Assembly: GCA_026397315.1 (NCBI GenBank)
Contig: JAPLVC010000002.1
Span: 27,184 to 91,183 of the forward strand
DNA from: Candidatus Aenigmatarchaeota archaeon
Lineage (GTDB): Archaea; Aenigmatarchaeota; Aenigmatarchaeia; QMZP01; QMZT01
DNA: 64,000 nucleotides
Reading direction: 5' to 3'
Under the pieces are notes generated by a model. The model was not told the origin of the DNA. It saw only the letters and a list, made by a program, of their open reading frames with translations, and ran no database searches. Numbering within the stretch: the first letter of the stretch is position 1; each line of letters starts with the position of its first letter. This document shows, one piece after another, positions 50,431 through 60,900 of this stretch. Position numbers and translations under genes: made by a program.

Positions 50431-50997
50431 ATGATACCTGCGAAAGTTTTTTTCGTAAAGGGCGTAGGAGTCCACAAGGACAAGCTTGCTTCTTTCGAAG
50501 CCGCCTTGAGGCAGGCAGGCATAGCGCCGTTTAATCTCGTGAACGTTTCAAGCATACTGCCGCCAAAATGCGAAGTGGTCACAAGGGACCATGGACTCAA
50601 GTACCTCAATCCGGGCGAAGTGGTTTTTTGCGTGATGGCGAGAACGGACACTAACGAGCCCAACAGGCTCATATCGGTGGCCATAGGCCTTGCTCTGCCC
50701 AAAGACAGGGGTCATTACGGTTATCTTTCCGAGCACCACGGATTCGGCGAGAAGGGCGAGAAAGCCGGCGAGTATGCGGAAGATCTCGCGGCCACGATGC
50801 TTGCCACGACGCTGGGCGTTCCCTTCGATGCGGACAAGGCATGGGACGAAAGAAGGCAGCAGTACAAAACGAGCGGGCACATATTCAAGACGACGCACAT
50901 CTGCCAGTCCGCGGAAGGCCACAAGGACGGCCTGTGGACGAGCGTGATATGCGCTGCAGTTTTCGTGCCGCCTGCAACGGTCGTTTCTGGGCAATAA
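50431..50997 (+). CDS. pdaD: Pyruvoyl-dependent arginine decarboxylase
   Basis: SFEAALRQAGI..FNLVNVSSILPP, GYLSEHH. Confidence 0.93.
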   Translation: MIPAKVFFVKGVGVHKDKLASFEAALRQAGIAPFNLVNVSSILPPKCEVVTRDHGLKYLNPGEVVFCVMARTDTNEPNRLISVAIGLALPKDRGHYGYLSEHHGFGEKGEKAGEYAEDLAATMLATTLGVPFDADKAWDERRQQYKTSGHIFKTTHICQSAEGHKDGLWTSVICAAVFVPPATVVSGQ

Positions 50998-51021
50998 AAA
51001 GCTTTATTGGCAGGATGAAAT

Positions 51022-51906
51022 ATGAAAAGCGATTTTTCCGGCAAATTCATGAACCTTCCTCCGGAGTTTTCTGACTGTAAGAAATCAAAGATAGTAATCC
51101 TTCCGGTGCCTTTCGACGGCACAAGCACATGGATGAAAGGGGCGGACAAAGGTCCTGAAGCCCTGATTTCAGCTTCTGGGTATCTTGAGTACTGCGAGCC
51201 TGAGACAAAGGCTGAGGTTTGTGAAAAGGGCATTTACACTGACAAGCCCGTCGTTTCCAAAATACCGGAAAGCATGGTAAAAGACGCGTATGGGCGGGTG
51301 AAAGCGCTGCTCGCGGATGGCAAGTTCGTAGTCACGCTCGGCGGCGAGCATTCGGTCTCGATAGGCCCGATTCGCGCGCATGCCGAGCGCTTCGGCGGAA
51401 TGAGCGTCCTCCATCTGGACGCGCACGGCGACAGGCGCGACGAATACCATGGCAGCAGATGCAACCACGGCTGCGTAATCGCGCGTGCAAAGGAACATGT
51501 CAAAAACGTCGTCTCCGTGGGCATACGCAGTTTCGACTCCTCCGAGATGGAAAGCCTGGATGAAGACAAGGTATTCTACGCACATGAAATCCACGGCAGG
51601 GACGACTGGATAAGCAAGGCAGTCAATTCGCTCTCGAATAATGTTTACATAACCATCGACTTGGACGTTTTCGAGATAGGGCTGATGCCATCCACGGGCA
51701 CGCCGGAACCTGGCGGCCTCGGCTGGTACGAAGTTACCCGCCTGCTGCGAGCAGTCGCCGAGAAGAAGAACATAGTCGGCTTCGACGTCGTCGAGCTCTG
51801 CCCGGACGAGCGCAACAAGGCGCCGGATTTCCTGGCGGCGAAGCTTGTGCAGGTCCTGCTGAGCTACATATTTTTTCTGGGCAAGCACGCGGAAAAGAAA
51901 AGATAA
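51022..51906 (+). CDS. speB: Agmatinase
   Basis: GGEHS, DAHGD, DLDVF, TGTPEPGG. Confidence 0.93.
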   Translation: MKSDFSGKFMNLPPEFSDCKKSKIVILPVPFDGTSTWMKGADKGPEALISASGYLEYCEPETKAEVCEKGIYTDKPVVSKIPESMVKDAYGRVKALLADGKFVVTLGGEHSVSIGPIRAHAERFGGMSVLHLDAHGDRRDEYHGSRCNHGCVIARAKEHVKNVVSVGIRSFDSSEMESLDEDKVFYAHEIHGRDDWISKAVNSLSNNVYITIDLDVFEIGLMPSTGTPEPGGLGWYEVTRLLRAVAEKKNIVGFDVVELCPDERNKAPDFLAAKLVQVLLSYIFFLGKHAEKKR

Positions 51907-51931
51907 AAGCCACGTTCTCAAATAACAACAC

Positions 51932-52594
51932 ATGGAAAAGATGGAGCAGGTTTTCCCGGGCGTGTGGAAGGACGGCAAGCACATTTTCACCAAGAACCTC
52001 CTGCCCGGCGACAAGACATACTGCAGGACGTTCGTTGAAGAAGACGGTCACGAGTTCAGGGAGTGGAACCCCAACCGCTCGAAACCGGCGGCCGCGATAG
52101 CGAACGGGCTGAAATTCTTCCCGCTGGCGGACAAGGCGAAAGTCCTGTATCTAGGCATCGCTAGCGGGCAGACATCGACTTTCTTTTCCGACATAATCGG
52201 TCCGGAAGGCATCATCTACGGAGTCGAGATTTCCGAGCGCTGCGTGCGTGACCTGAATCCCGTCGCTGAAAAAAGAGGTAACATCGTGCCCATAGTCGCA
52301 GACGCGCGGAAGCCGGAGGAGTATGGCTGGATTGAGAAAGTCGACGTTGTCTTCGAAGACGTCGCTTCCGACGACCAGAGCGCCATCATGATACGCAATT
52401 GCGAGCGCTTCCTGAAGCCGGACGGCTTCGCCATGATTGCCATAAAATCGAGGTCGATTGACGTCATCAAAAACCCGGAAGAAATCTACAGGCAGGAAAT
52501 CGCCAAGCTGGAGGAGCATTTCAAAATCCTGAGCAAAGTCAGACTGGACCCGTTTGAAAAAGACCACATGTTCCTGGTCATGAAAAGAAAGTAG
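51932..52594 (+). CDS. flpA: Fibrillarin (C/D box 2'-O-methyltransferase)
   Basis: REWNPNRSK.AAAI, VLYLGIASG.T, IKSRSID, LDPFEKDH. Confidence 0.95.
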   Translation: MEKMEQVFPGVWKDGKHIFTKNLLPGDKTYCRTFVEEDGHEFREWNPNRSKPAAAIANGLKFFPLADKAKVLYLGIASGQTSTFFSDIIGPEGIIYGVEISERCVRDLNPVAEKRGNIVPIVADARKPEEYGWIEKVDVVFEDVASDDQSAIMIRNCERFLKPDGFAMIAIKSRSIDVIKNPEEIYRQEIAKLEEHFKILSKVRLDPFEKDHMFLVMKRK

Positions 52595-52633
52595 TCTGCA
52601 TTTTATTCAGAAGAAGGTTTTCGTTTTTAGTTT

Positions 52634-53647
52634 TTAGAAAAGCATGCCCGTAGCGTGCTCCGCGTTTCCGATGGCCTTGCCGAGCTCCTTTGACGTGATT
52701 TTCGTTCCACTCGCCTTGTCTTCGAGCTCGATGTCGGCTATGGTGGCCGGATACTCGTTGTAAACGAGCTTGTTAGGTATGACGCCGCGCGACTTCTTGC
52801 GGAAAGTCCATGAAGAGTGGGCGTAGGAAACGACGGAGAAGCTTATCCTTTCCTGCTCGTTTTCTCCCGTGACCCTGAAAGTCGGCAGCGCTTCTCCGGA
52901 CCTTTTCACTTTTATCCTGTCGAACTTGTGCACCTCTTTCCCGTCGAAAAGCGATATGTCCTTTCTTATGGACTTCCCGAGCACCATGTGGTTCGTGTAT
53001 GTCATGACGGCCCCGCGGTCGAAATGGAATATGCCCCAGTACCACGGTATGGCCGGAGCGTTGACGAAGACTCTCTGAAAATATGCGGAGCCGTTTATCT
53101 TTTCGCCGTTCACGCTTCCCGTCAGGTCCGCGTGATTGACCTTCATTATCGAATATCCCTTGTTACCTATGAAATTCCTGTTGTGGTAGCATGCCTTTCT
53201 GAAGTCGTGGCTGGCGTTCTCGATAGCGACGAATTCGAATTTATCACCTATTCTGATTACGCTTCTCTTCCCGTTGATGGAGAATGAGGTCGGTGTTCCG
53301 GACTCGGATATCAGGCCTTTGTCGTTGACCTTTATGTTGCACTGTTCGAGAAGGAAGTTGTGGTGCATCCGCTCGCCGTCGAAATACCACGTGGCAACGG
53401 CTCCGTCAAGGTTCCCCTTGTCAAGCGGCAGTTTCACGCTTATATCGAGATTGTTGCAGTTTATTTTCTTCACGTTCTTGGCGGACCACAGTATCATCAG
53501 CTGGCGGGGCTTGGACGGGTCTTTCGGGTTGTCGAAGAAGAAGAGCCAGAACCACCACCACCACGCCCCTCCGGGCATCCGCTCGTTCTTAATATCGAAG
53601 ACCCTCTTTTCCAGATCAACGTGCTTGTCTTTTCTTCCGGCTTTCAT
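52634..53647 (-). CDS. Conserved hypothetical beta-rich protein (possibly AttH/CrtC-like)
   Basis: WWWWFWLFFF and GSAYFQR...PWYWGIFHF motifs; ATGA overlap with nop5. Confidence 0.6.
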   Translation of the reverse strand: MKAGRKDKHVDLEKRVFDIKNERMPGGAWWWWFWLFFFDNPKDPSKPRQLMILWSAKNVKKINCNNLDISVKLPLDKGNLDGAVATWYFDGERMHHNFLLEQCNIKVNDKGLISESGTPTSFSINGKRSVIRIGDKFEFVAIENASHDFRKACYHNRNFIGNKGYSIMKVNHADLTGSVNGEKINGSAYFQRVFVNAPAIPWYWGIFHFDRGAVMTYTNHMVLGKSIRKDISLFDGKEVHKFDRIKVKRSGEALPTFRVTGENEQERISFSVVSYAHSSWTFRKKSRGVIPNKLVYNEYPATIADIELEDKASGTKITSKELGKAIGNAEHATGMLF

Positions 53648-54744
53648 TGGCCTTCATCTCCGCCAGAACCTTTGATGAGCGCTTTGACCTTGTTATCGAG
53701 GTCTTCTCCCATCTGCCTGCTGTCGTCGCGCTTGGAATAGAAATCCATCTTGGCCGCCAGCGAAAGCTTTGAAGCGATGAGCCTCGCGACCTTGCCCCTG
53801 AGATGCTTCGGCGCCTGCTGTATGAGCGGGTGTCCGAAAAGCACGCCGTATTTGGGCGCCCTGCCCTGCCCCTTGAGATGGCGGAACAGCGCTTTCTCAG
53901 CTCCCAGTAGTTGTATGGTCGAGCTGGGCATCTTGGCTATTTTTTCCAGGCCGCCCGCCTGGGCGACCAGTCTCGCAGCCAGCAAATGCCCGGCTATTAC
54001 CGAAAGGTTGGGCATGGTCTCGGCGCAAACGAGCTCGAGATACTTGGACAGTTTTTCCCTGGTCTTCGTCATCTCAAGAACGGACTTGGCAAAAACGGAA
54101 GCGATTTGCGCGTCTTCTTCGTTAAAATTCATGCCTATCGATTTCGCAGCCAAGTTAGCCAGCTGCTCGTCGCTTATTTTGTCTCGCGAGCCGTATTTCT
54201 GCACGATTTCTGCGAATCTCTCGTGCGACTTCATTTCCTTCGATAGCTCGGGGAAGTGCAGGCCGTACCATTCGCGCAGGCGCTCGTAAAGCGAGTTGAG
54301 GTCGTTCTCGAGCTCATCGACTACTCCTATGACCTGAATTATGACCTTGTCCTTGCTGACGGACTTTATCTTCCTGCCGGCGAGGATGACGTTTACCTTG
54401 CTCATGAGCACGTTTATCTGGGCAGGCGTGACTATCCATTCCGCTTCGGCTGCGAGTTTCCTGAAATCGTCGCTAGCGAGCTTCTTGCCCTTATGGTCCT
54501 GCTGCACGATTATGTTCAGCCCGTCGATGCGCGCCACCTTGTCCATGACTATCTCAACGAATCCCTTCTTCCTCAGCTCCTCGAGGACGGCGCGCTCCTC
54601 GTCTATCAGGCCGCCCGCGCGCGAGGCGTCAAGCCGCTCGGCTATCGCTTCCGCGTCTTTCGGGAAGAGACGCATGGCTATGACCTTGCCGTGCTCGTCG
54701 AACGCGAACACGCCTGCAATGTTATGCGCAACGTAGGCTTTCAT
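53644..54744 (-). CDS. nop5: Nop5 (Nop56/58) C/D box RNP subunit
   Basis: REWYGLHFPEL, MPSSTIQLLGAEKALFRHL, PKYG, RGKVAR. Confidence 0.95.
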   Translation of the reverse strand: MKAYVAHNIAGVFAFDEHGKVIAMRLFPKDAEAIAERLDASRAGGLIDEERAVLEELRKKGFVEIVMDKVARIDGLNIIVQQDHKGKKLASDDFRKLAAEAEWIVTPAQINVLMSKVNVILAGRKIKSVSKDKVIIQVIGVVDELENDLNSLYERLREWYGLHFPELSKEMKSHERFAEIVQKYGSRDKISDEQLANLAAKSIGMNFNEEDAQIASVFAKSVLEMTKTREKLSKYLELVCAETMPNLSVIAGHLLAARLVAQAGGLEKIAKMPSSTIQLLGAEKALFRHLKGQGRAPKYGVLFGHPLIQQAPKHLRGKVARLIASKLSLAAKMDFYSKRDDSRQMGEDLDNKVKALIKGSGGDEGQ

Positions 54745-54815
54745 GAAAATCACTTATAGTATATTTACTGACGTTTTATAAAACCGTTTTTATAAGGGCC
54801 GCTCAAATATTTATT

Positions 54816-55643
54816 ATGGACATGCAGAAGGCGATACTCGTTCTCATAGTCGTCGTCCTGCTCGGAGGCCTGGCTTTCGAGCTCAAGTACATTGAGGAGG
54901 CGCTGGTGGGGGCGACACTCTCCGTCGAGGAGCAGTGCAACAAGATGTGCTCGCAGAAAGGCGAAGTCGCTTACGTGACCGAGAACACCTGTTACTGCAA
55001 GGAGCCCATCACCTTTCGCAATCAATGGAGATGCTTCTGGAACGTGACATTCGAGAATGACGATGAGTTCTCGCCAAAGGTCAACACGAGCGCGGTACGC
55101 AACATAGCCGTCAAGTCAGTGGTCAAATATTCCGCTCCGAATGCGCCGGCGACAAAAGTCTTCGGCGTCTACAACGAGGTCTCCAACAGGATCTATTATG
55201 TCTCCGACCCGAGGAAAGACGAATATGTTGCAACTCCAATGGAGACGTGGGATGCGATGGGAGGCGACTGCGACGACTATTCAATCCTGCTCACCAGCAT
55301 GTATGAGGCGATAGGCATGGACGCCAGCATCGTCGAAGTTTACAGGCCGGACAAGGGACACGTTTTCATCATATTGAAGGTGGAGCAGGACCTGGACTCG
55401 TTCCTGAAGTTCTACAAGAACATACTGGAGAGGTATACGCCATACTTCAGCGAGAAGCCGTTCAACTTCGTTGTTTTCGGCGAGAACAGCAAGGAGTGCG
55501 AGACGCTCCAGAAGACGCTCGAGATGGGCAAGAACATCGACTCTTTCTATATCGTCATTGACAGCACGACCGGCGACTATCCCGGCAGCCGCGACGCTTT
55601 CGATGGCTACGACACTACTACGTTCATAAACACGGGCGAATAG
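54816..55643 (+). CDS. Membrane-anchored transglutaminase-like cysteine protease domain protein
   Basis: YVSDP, GDCDDY, GHVF, IDST (Cys-His-Asp); N-terminal TM helix. Confidence 0.85.
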   Translation: MDMQKAILVLIVVVLLGGLAFELKYIEEALVGATLSVEEQCNKMCSQKGEVAYVTENTCYCKEPITFRNQWRCFWNVTFENDDEFSPKVNTSAVRNIAVKSVVKYSAPNAPATKVFGVYNEVSNRIYYVSDPRKDEYVATPMETWDAMGGDCDDYSILLTSMYEAIGMDASIVEVYRPDKGHVFIILKVEQDLDSFLKFYKNILERYTPYFSEKPFNFVVFGENSKECETLQKTLEMGKNIDSFYIVIDSTTGDYPGSRDAFDGYDTTTFINTGE

Positions 55644-55798
55644 TTCGCTAGTTCGCATAACGTTCAATGTAACAAATAGTATATTCATATAAAATTTTAA
55701 GCGGCTTTTTTCTCGCCATAACAAACGGTTAATGTTCAGGAACGGGGGGTGGGTCTGAAAGGGGTGACTGGAAATAGTACAAACGTATGAGTATTCGC

Positions 55799-56650
55799 CT
55801 AAAAATTGAAATCCGTTGCAATGGAATTGCCGTTGTTCGAGAGCATCCACCAGCCGCGCACTTTGCTATCCTTGATGTAAAATCTGAGTTTTCTCATCTC
55901 GTTCTTGACCGTGTATACGTCCACGTCGAACAGTTCGTCGCTTTCGCTGTAGCCGAATACTCTTCTGACTTCAGCCGCATAAATGGGGGAGTGGTCGCCG
56001 TTCATGAGATGCTCCGCAACGACGTCTCTCACGTTTTGCAGATAAGCTGGCAGCGAACGGTAATATTTGTCCAGTATTCTCTGCGGCCTTTCCCTTGTCC
56101 TGTCGTCTATGCCGCTTTGCTCTATAAGATGTGTAATGTCGCCGCTGTGGCCGCAGTCTATGGCCGAGCCGAACGCAAGAAACTGCATGTCCTCCGGCTT
56201 GAGGAGGGTTTTGCTCTTCCTCGTTTCGCGCAGGAGCTTCTGCGCGGTCTTTGGGTCGCTCAGCAGGAGTTTGTAAAGAATGCGGACATCCCCTGTATTA
56301 CTGTTGACGTATTCGCCGCCGTTGTATTTCTTAATCCATGCGTATATGTTTCTCGCGACGTCTTCGGTCACGCCTTCAATGCCGTGCACTTCAGGGTTGG
56401 CCGTGGCGACGTCGTCGGGGACTGGTCCCTTGAATTCATCGATTGCCCAGACGCTGCCTTTCGGATCCATTTGCACTCTGTTAGATGTAAGCACGCCCAA
56501 AAGAATCAATGCGGGAATGAAACCTGATTTTCTTTTTGGCGACTCTCCGGTTTCAATTTCCAAGTTCACGACTTTTTTGGCGTCCAACATGTCGGGCGTG
56601 TATTTTTCAAGGGCTGCTTTCCACGGATCCGGTTTGGCATGCTTCCACAT
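55799..56650 (-). CDS. Hypothetical protein
   Basis: 283 aa ORF with upstream TTTATA/TATAAAT box; no recognised motif. Confidence 0.65.
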   Translation of the reverse strand: MWKHAKPDPWKAALEKYTPDMLDAKKVVNLEIETGESPKRKSGFIPALILLGVLTSNRVQMDPKGSVWAIDEFKGPVPDDVATANPEVHGIEGVTEDVARNIYAWIKKYNGGEYVNSNTGDVRILYKLLLSDPKTAQKLLRETRKSKTLLKPEDMQFLAFGSAIDCGHSGDITHLIEQSGIDDRTRERPQRILDKYYRSLPAYLQNVRDVVAEHLMNGDHSPIYAAEVRRVFGYSESDELFDVDVYTVKNEMRKLRFYIKDSKVRGWWMLSNNGNSIATDFNF

Positions 56651-56728
56651 AATATCACAATATGTATATTTGTCACTTGATAGTAAGAATTTATAGAAAG
56701 AGGATTTTTAAAGCCTTTCAGGATGTTT

Positions 56729-57784
56729 TCAGGCCTTCTCGATGTAAAGGAACGCGCGCTCCTTGAACGTTTCCCAGTTGTTGACCAGCGCGCCCGATGA
56801 TTTCACGTGCCCGCCGCCCGAGCCTATGCCGTCAGAAGCGAATTTCGCCAGATCGCCGACGTTCACTTTGCCTTCCTGGCAGCGCAGGGATATCTTCCAA
56901 AAGTCACCGGATTTCTTTCTTATTATGATTATCGCTTCAGGGTGCTTCTCCGCGGTTATGGTCGCTATTATCGACGTGATGTTCATCTTGCTGCGTATCT
57001 CGTAGAATATGATTTTCTTGTCGGGTACGGTCTCCTTATTCTTCTCGAAATCGTCCACTATTTTCTTGACCTCGCCCTGGACTATTTCATTCCATCGTTT
57101 GAGCTCTTCCGAACTTCTAAGATCGTCGTATTTCTGGCTCCTGACTATGAGATTCAGCGACTTCCCCGCGCCTTCCGCTCCCTTGAGGGTTATAGAAGAT
57201 GAGATGATATCGGACGCGCGGAAAAGCGACTCGCACGGCGGGTCCATCTTCTTCTCATCATACTCTTTCATCATCCACGCGCAGTCCTTCATGCCGTAGT
57301 CGCCTATCAGGCCGATGATGGCAATCCACATCCAGCGGTCGACTTCGAAACCCATGCTCTTGAGCAGTTGGAACATCACGCACGACGCCGGTATGTAGGC
57401 GTCGCCATGGAACATGGGGTTTATGTGCACCAGCGTTTCGCAGTTCATGTCCTTTACGGGAATGTGGTGGTCGAGTATCATCATCTTCATGCCAGCGACG
57501 TTCTCCTGAAGTTTATGGATTTTCTTCCATTCCTGGTCCACGGGTATGTCCAGGAAGACGAGAACGTCGGGCCTTTTTTCAATCAATGACTTGAGAAAAT
57601 CGTTGTCTATGACCGGCCCTTCGCGCGGCAGGGTCTCGAAGCCCGAGAAGAACTTGAGAAACAACGAAGCAGAGCATACGCCGTCGGCGTCCCTGTGGTA
57701 AACGAGAATCTTGCGTCCGCTACCGTCCATCCATGCCTTTATCCTGGCGATGTCGGGTTTGCCTATGATTTTATCTGCCCGCAT
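56729..57784 (-). CDS. DHH/DHHA1 phosphoesterase (RecJ-like)
   Basis: HRDADG, FLD, LDHH, IGD, GGGH. Confidence 0.9.
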   Translation of the reverse strand: MRADKIIGKPDIARIKAWMDGSGRKILVYHRDADGVCSASLFLKFFSGFETLPREGPVIDNDFLKSLIEKRPDVLVFLDIPVDQEWKKIHKLQENVAGMKMMILDHHIPVKDMNCETLVHINPMFHGDAYIPASCVMFQLLKSMGFEVDRWMWIAIIGLIGDYGMKDCAWMMKEYDEKKMDPPCESLFRASDIISSSITLKGAEGAGKSLNLIVRSQKYDDLRSSEELKRWNEIVQGEVKKIVDDFEKNKETVPDKKIIFYEIRSKMNITSIIATITAEKHPEAIIIIRKKSGDFWKISLRCQEGKVNVGDLAKFASDGIGSGGGHVKSSGALVNNWETFKERAFLYIEKA

Positions 57785-57840
57785 AAAGCATGTTCTAATT
57801 TATGATATTTAAAGGTTTTTCTGCCCTTCAGTCAATCAGT

Positions 57841-57963
57841 TTAAACGTGCGGAAAAAAGTAGACTATCAGGAAAAGTATTATGCCCAGGATGAGCATCGG
57901 TATGCCCATCTTCATGCTCTCGCGGCCGGAGCCGAGTAATAATATGCCCACGACGAAGCCCAC
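57841..57963 (-). CDS. Unannotated about 40-aa two-helix membrane peptide
   Basis: GTG 2 nt after the ileS stop; (V)GFVVGILLLGSGRESMKMGIPMLILGIILFLIVYFFPHV*. Confidence 0.5.
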   Translation of the reverse strand: MGFVVGILLLGSGRESMKMGIPMLILGIILFLIVYFFPHV

Positions 57964-57965
57964 GA

Positions 57966-60900
57966 CTATGTATATGACCGCGAACCGGCGCGCTCGAAAT
58001 AGACCTTGACTTTCTTGCCTTCGAACTCGAGCGTGCCCTTTATTCCGACCTTGTGCGGCAGGCCCTTGTGCAGCTTCTGCGCGCCCACTTCCCTGAGAAC
58101 CATCTCTTTGCTGCGCTCTAACAACGTCTCGGCCTTGCCTTCCGCTTCGACCCAGAGCTCAATCCTTTCGTTCACGTTCAGGCCTTCCTTCTTCCTCGCC
58201 ATCTGTATCGTTCTCATGAGCTCGCGCGCGAAAGCCTTGTCTTCCAGAACGTCGCCCAACGCTAGTTCTCCGTGCTCGAACGCCAGCTTCTCTTTCTGCT
58301 CAAGACCCTTGACGAATACGACCTTCTCGACGTTGGCCATGTTGCGCAGAATCGGGCTCATGTTTTTCAGCGCGCTCTCGGCCGCCTCGCCATTCGCCGC
58401 GATTATCAGCTCTGACACGGGCCACTTCAGCTTTATCTCGGTCTTCTGGCGCAGCGAATTCGCGGCCTCTATCGCCGTCTTCGCGAGAACCATGGAATCT
58501 TCGATATCCTTCTCGACGAGCCCGTCGTCGGCTTTGGGCCACGCGCACAGGTGGACTGAAAGCGGCCTGCCTTTCGAGTAGAACAGCTTCCTGTAAATCT
58601 TTTCAGTCACGAACGGCGTGACGGGCGCCATTAGCCTGACGAGATTCTCCAGCACGTAAAGCACCGTGAACTGGGCCGTGCGCTTGTCTTCGCCTTCATA
58701 CCACGGCGAAAGCCTGTCTCGAATCAGCTTGATGTACCAGCGCGAGAAATCGTTGAGTATGAAATCCTCGAAGTTCTTGCCCACGTAGTGGAGCCTGAAG
58801 TTTTCCAGGTCGTCCGTAGTGGATTTTATGAGCGAGTTGAGGCGCGAGATTATCCACTTGTCCTCCAGAGCGAGGTTCTTGAAATGTATTTTTTCCCCGG
58901 TTATCCTGGTGTCGGCGTAGCTCTCGGCGAACACGCTCGTGTTCCATAGCACGTCGAGCACGCGGCGTAGCTCCTTTGCTATTTTCAGCGAGAATAACTG
59001 CGTCTCCCACGGGGCGACGGACCAGCAGTAGTAAAGGCGCAGCACGTCGGCTTCGACGGCCTTGAGCGCGTCATCGGCGTAAACGACGTTCCCTAGCGAT
59101 TTCGACATTTTCTCCCCTTTCTCGTCCAGCGTCCATCCGGTCATGCTGACCGCGTTGTATGGCTTTTTGTCGAAAGCGCCTACGCCGCAGAACATCAGGG
59201 AATAGAACCATCCCCTTATCTGGTCCTGCGACTCGCAAATCATGTCAACCGGCCACAACGCTTCGAACGTTTGCTTGTTCTTAAGCGGGTAGCCCAGCGA
59301 AGCCCAAGGCGAAATGCCCGAGTCGAACCAGACGTTCATGGTGTCCGGCACGCGCGTCATGTGCTTGCCGCACTGCGAACATTTGAGATGAATCTTGTCG
59401 ACCGAGTTCTTGTGCAGGTCGATTTCTTCATCGACCTTTTCGACCGCCTTCTCCCTCAGCTCCTTGCGCGAGCCGATCACGTCTTTATGGCCGCACGCGT
59501 CGCATATCCAGATGGGCAACGGTATACCCCAGAATCGCTGGACTGAAACTGCCCAGTCGTTCGCGTTCTCGAGCCATTTTTCGAAGCGCTCGCCCGCGAA
59601 TTCGGGAAGCCATTTCACGCTCTTGTTTTCCTTGAGCATGCGCTCCTTTATCACGTCGACAGTCAGGAACCACTGCTTGCTGAGCCTGTAAATAAGCGGC
59701 GTCTTGCATCTCCAGCATAACGGATACGAGTGCGTGACCTTCAGCGTTTTAAGCAGCCGGCCACGCTCTTCCAGATATTCTATTATTTTTTTGTCAGCAT
59801 CCTTTACGAACAAACCAGTGAACTCGCCCGTGTCGCTGGTCAGCTTGCCTTCATCATCAACTGGCGACGGTTTTGGCAGCTTGTAATGTTCGCCGACTCG
59901 AAAGTCGGTTTCTCCGTGCCCCGGTGCAGTGTGAACACATCCGCTGCCCGTGTCCATGGTCACGAATTCCTCGACATTCTCGCCGTCATCGGCTTTCATG
60001 GCCGTCTTTGCGAGCAGCTTGCCTGAGACGCCTTTCTTGAAAAGCGGGATTGAAAGTATGACCTGGTGCGCGTTCTCGTTCTTCTTCAATTCGTCCTGCA
60101 ACGGAATCTGTATGGCGGGCTCGTATTTCATGCCCGCAAGCGACGAGCCTTTCATCTTCTCCACGATTTCATATTTTTCTATCTCGGCGTCCTTCATCAC
60201 GTCCTTGAGGCGCTTTTCGGCGAGAATGAGATACTCGCTTCTCACCTTGACTTTGACATACGTCTCGTCAGGATGGACGGCTATCGCCACGTTCGCCGGC
60301 AACGTCCATGGCGTCGTGGTCCATATGATTATCGAAGTGAACTCCTGGTCAACCAGCGGGAACTTTACGTAAATCGAGAAGTCCGTTATGTCAGTGTAGG
60401 AATCCGTCACCTCGTAGCCTGAAAGCGTCGTCTCACATCTCGGGCACCAGAACACTGGCTTCTCGCCCTCGACGAGCATGCCTTTCTCCCACATCTTCTT
60501 GACAGTCCACCATCCGCTTTCGAGATAATAATTCCTGTAGGTCATGTAAGGCTCGAGCCATCCTCGCCACGCGCCCAGCTGCTTGTAGGTGTCCAGCCAC
60601 ACGCTTTTGTTGCCTTCGGCCATGGCCTTGCACTCGGCTATGAACCTGTCTATGCCTATGCGCTCGGTTATGTCCTTCTTCGACTTCACGCCCAGATTCT
60701 TCTCGACGGCATGCTCGATCGGCAGGCCGCCACAATCGAAACCGGGCTGCCACCAGCACTGGTGACCCTGCATGGTCTTGAACTTGGAACATATGTCCTT
60801 CGTCGTCGTCGTCTTGACGTGGCCCACGTGCGGCACGCCGTTCACATATGGCGGGCCGTCCAGCAGGTAGTACTTCGTTCGCTTCACGTCGAGCGTCTTC

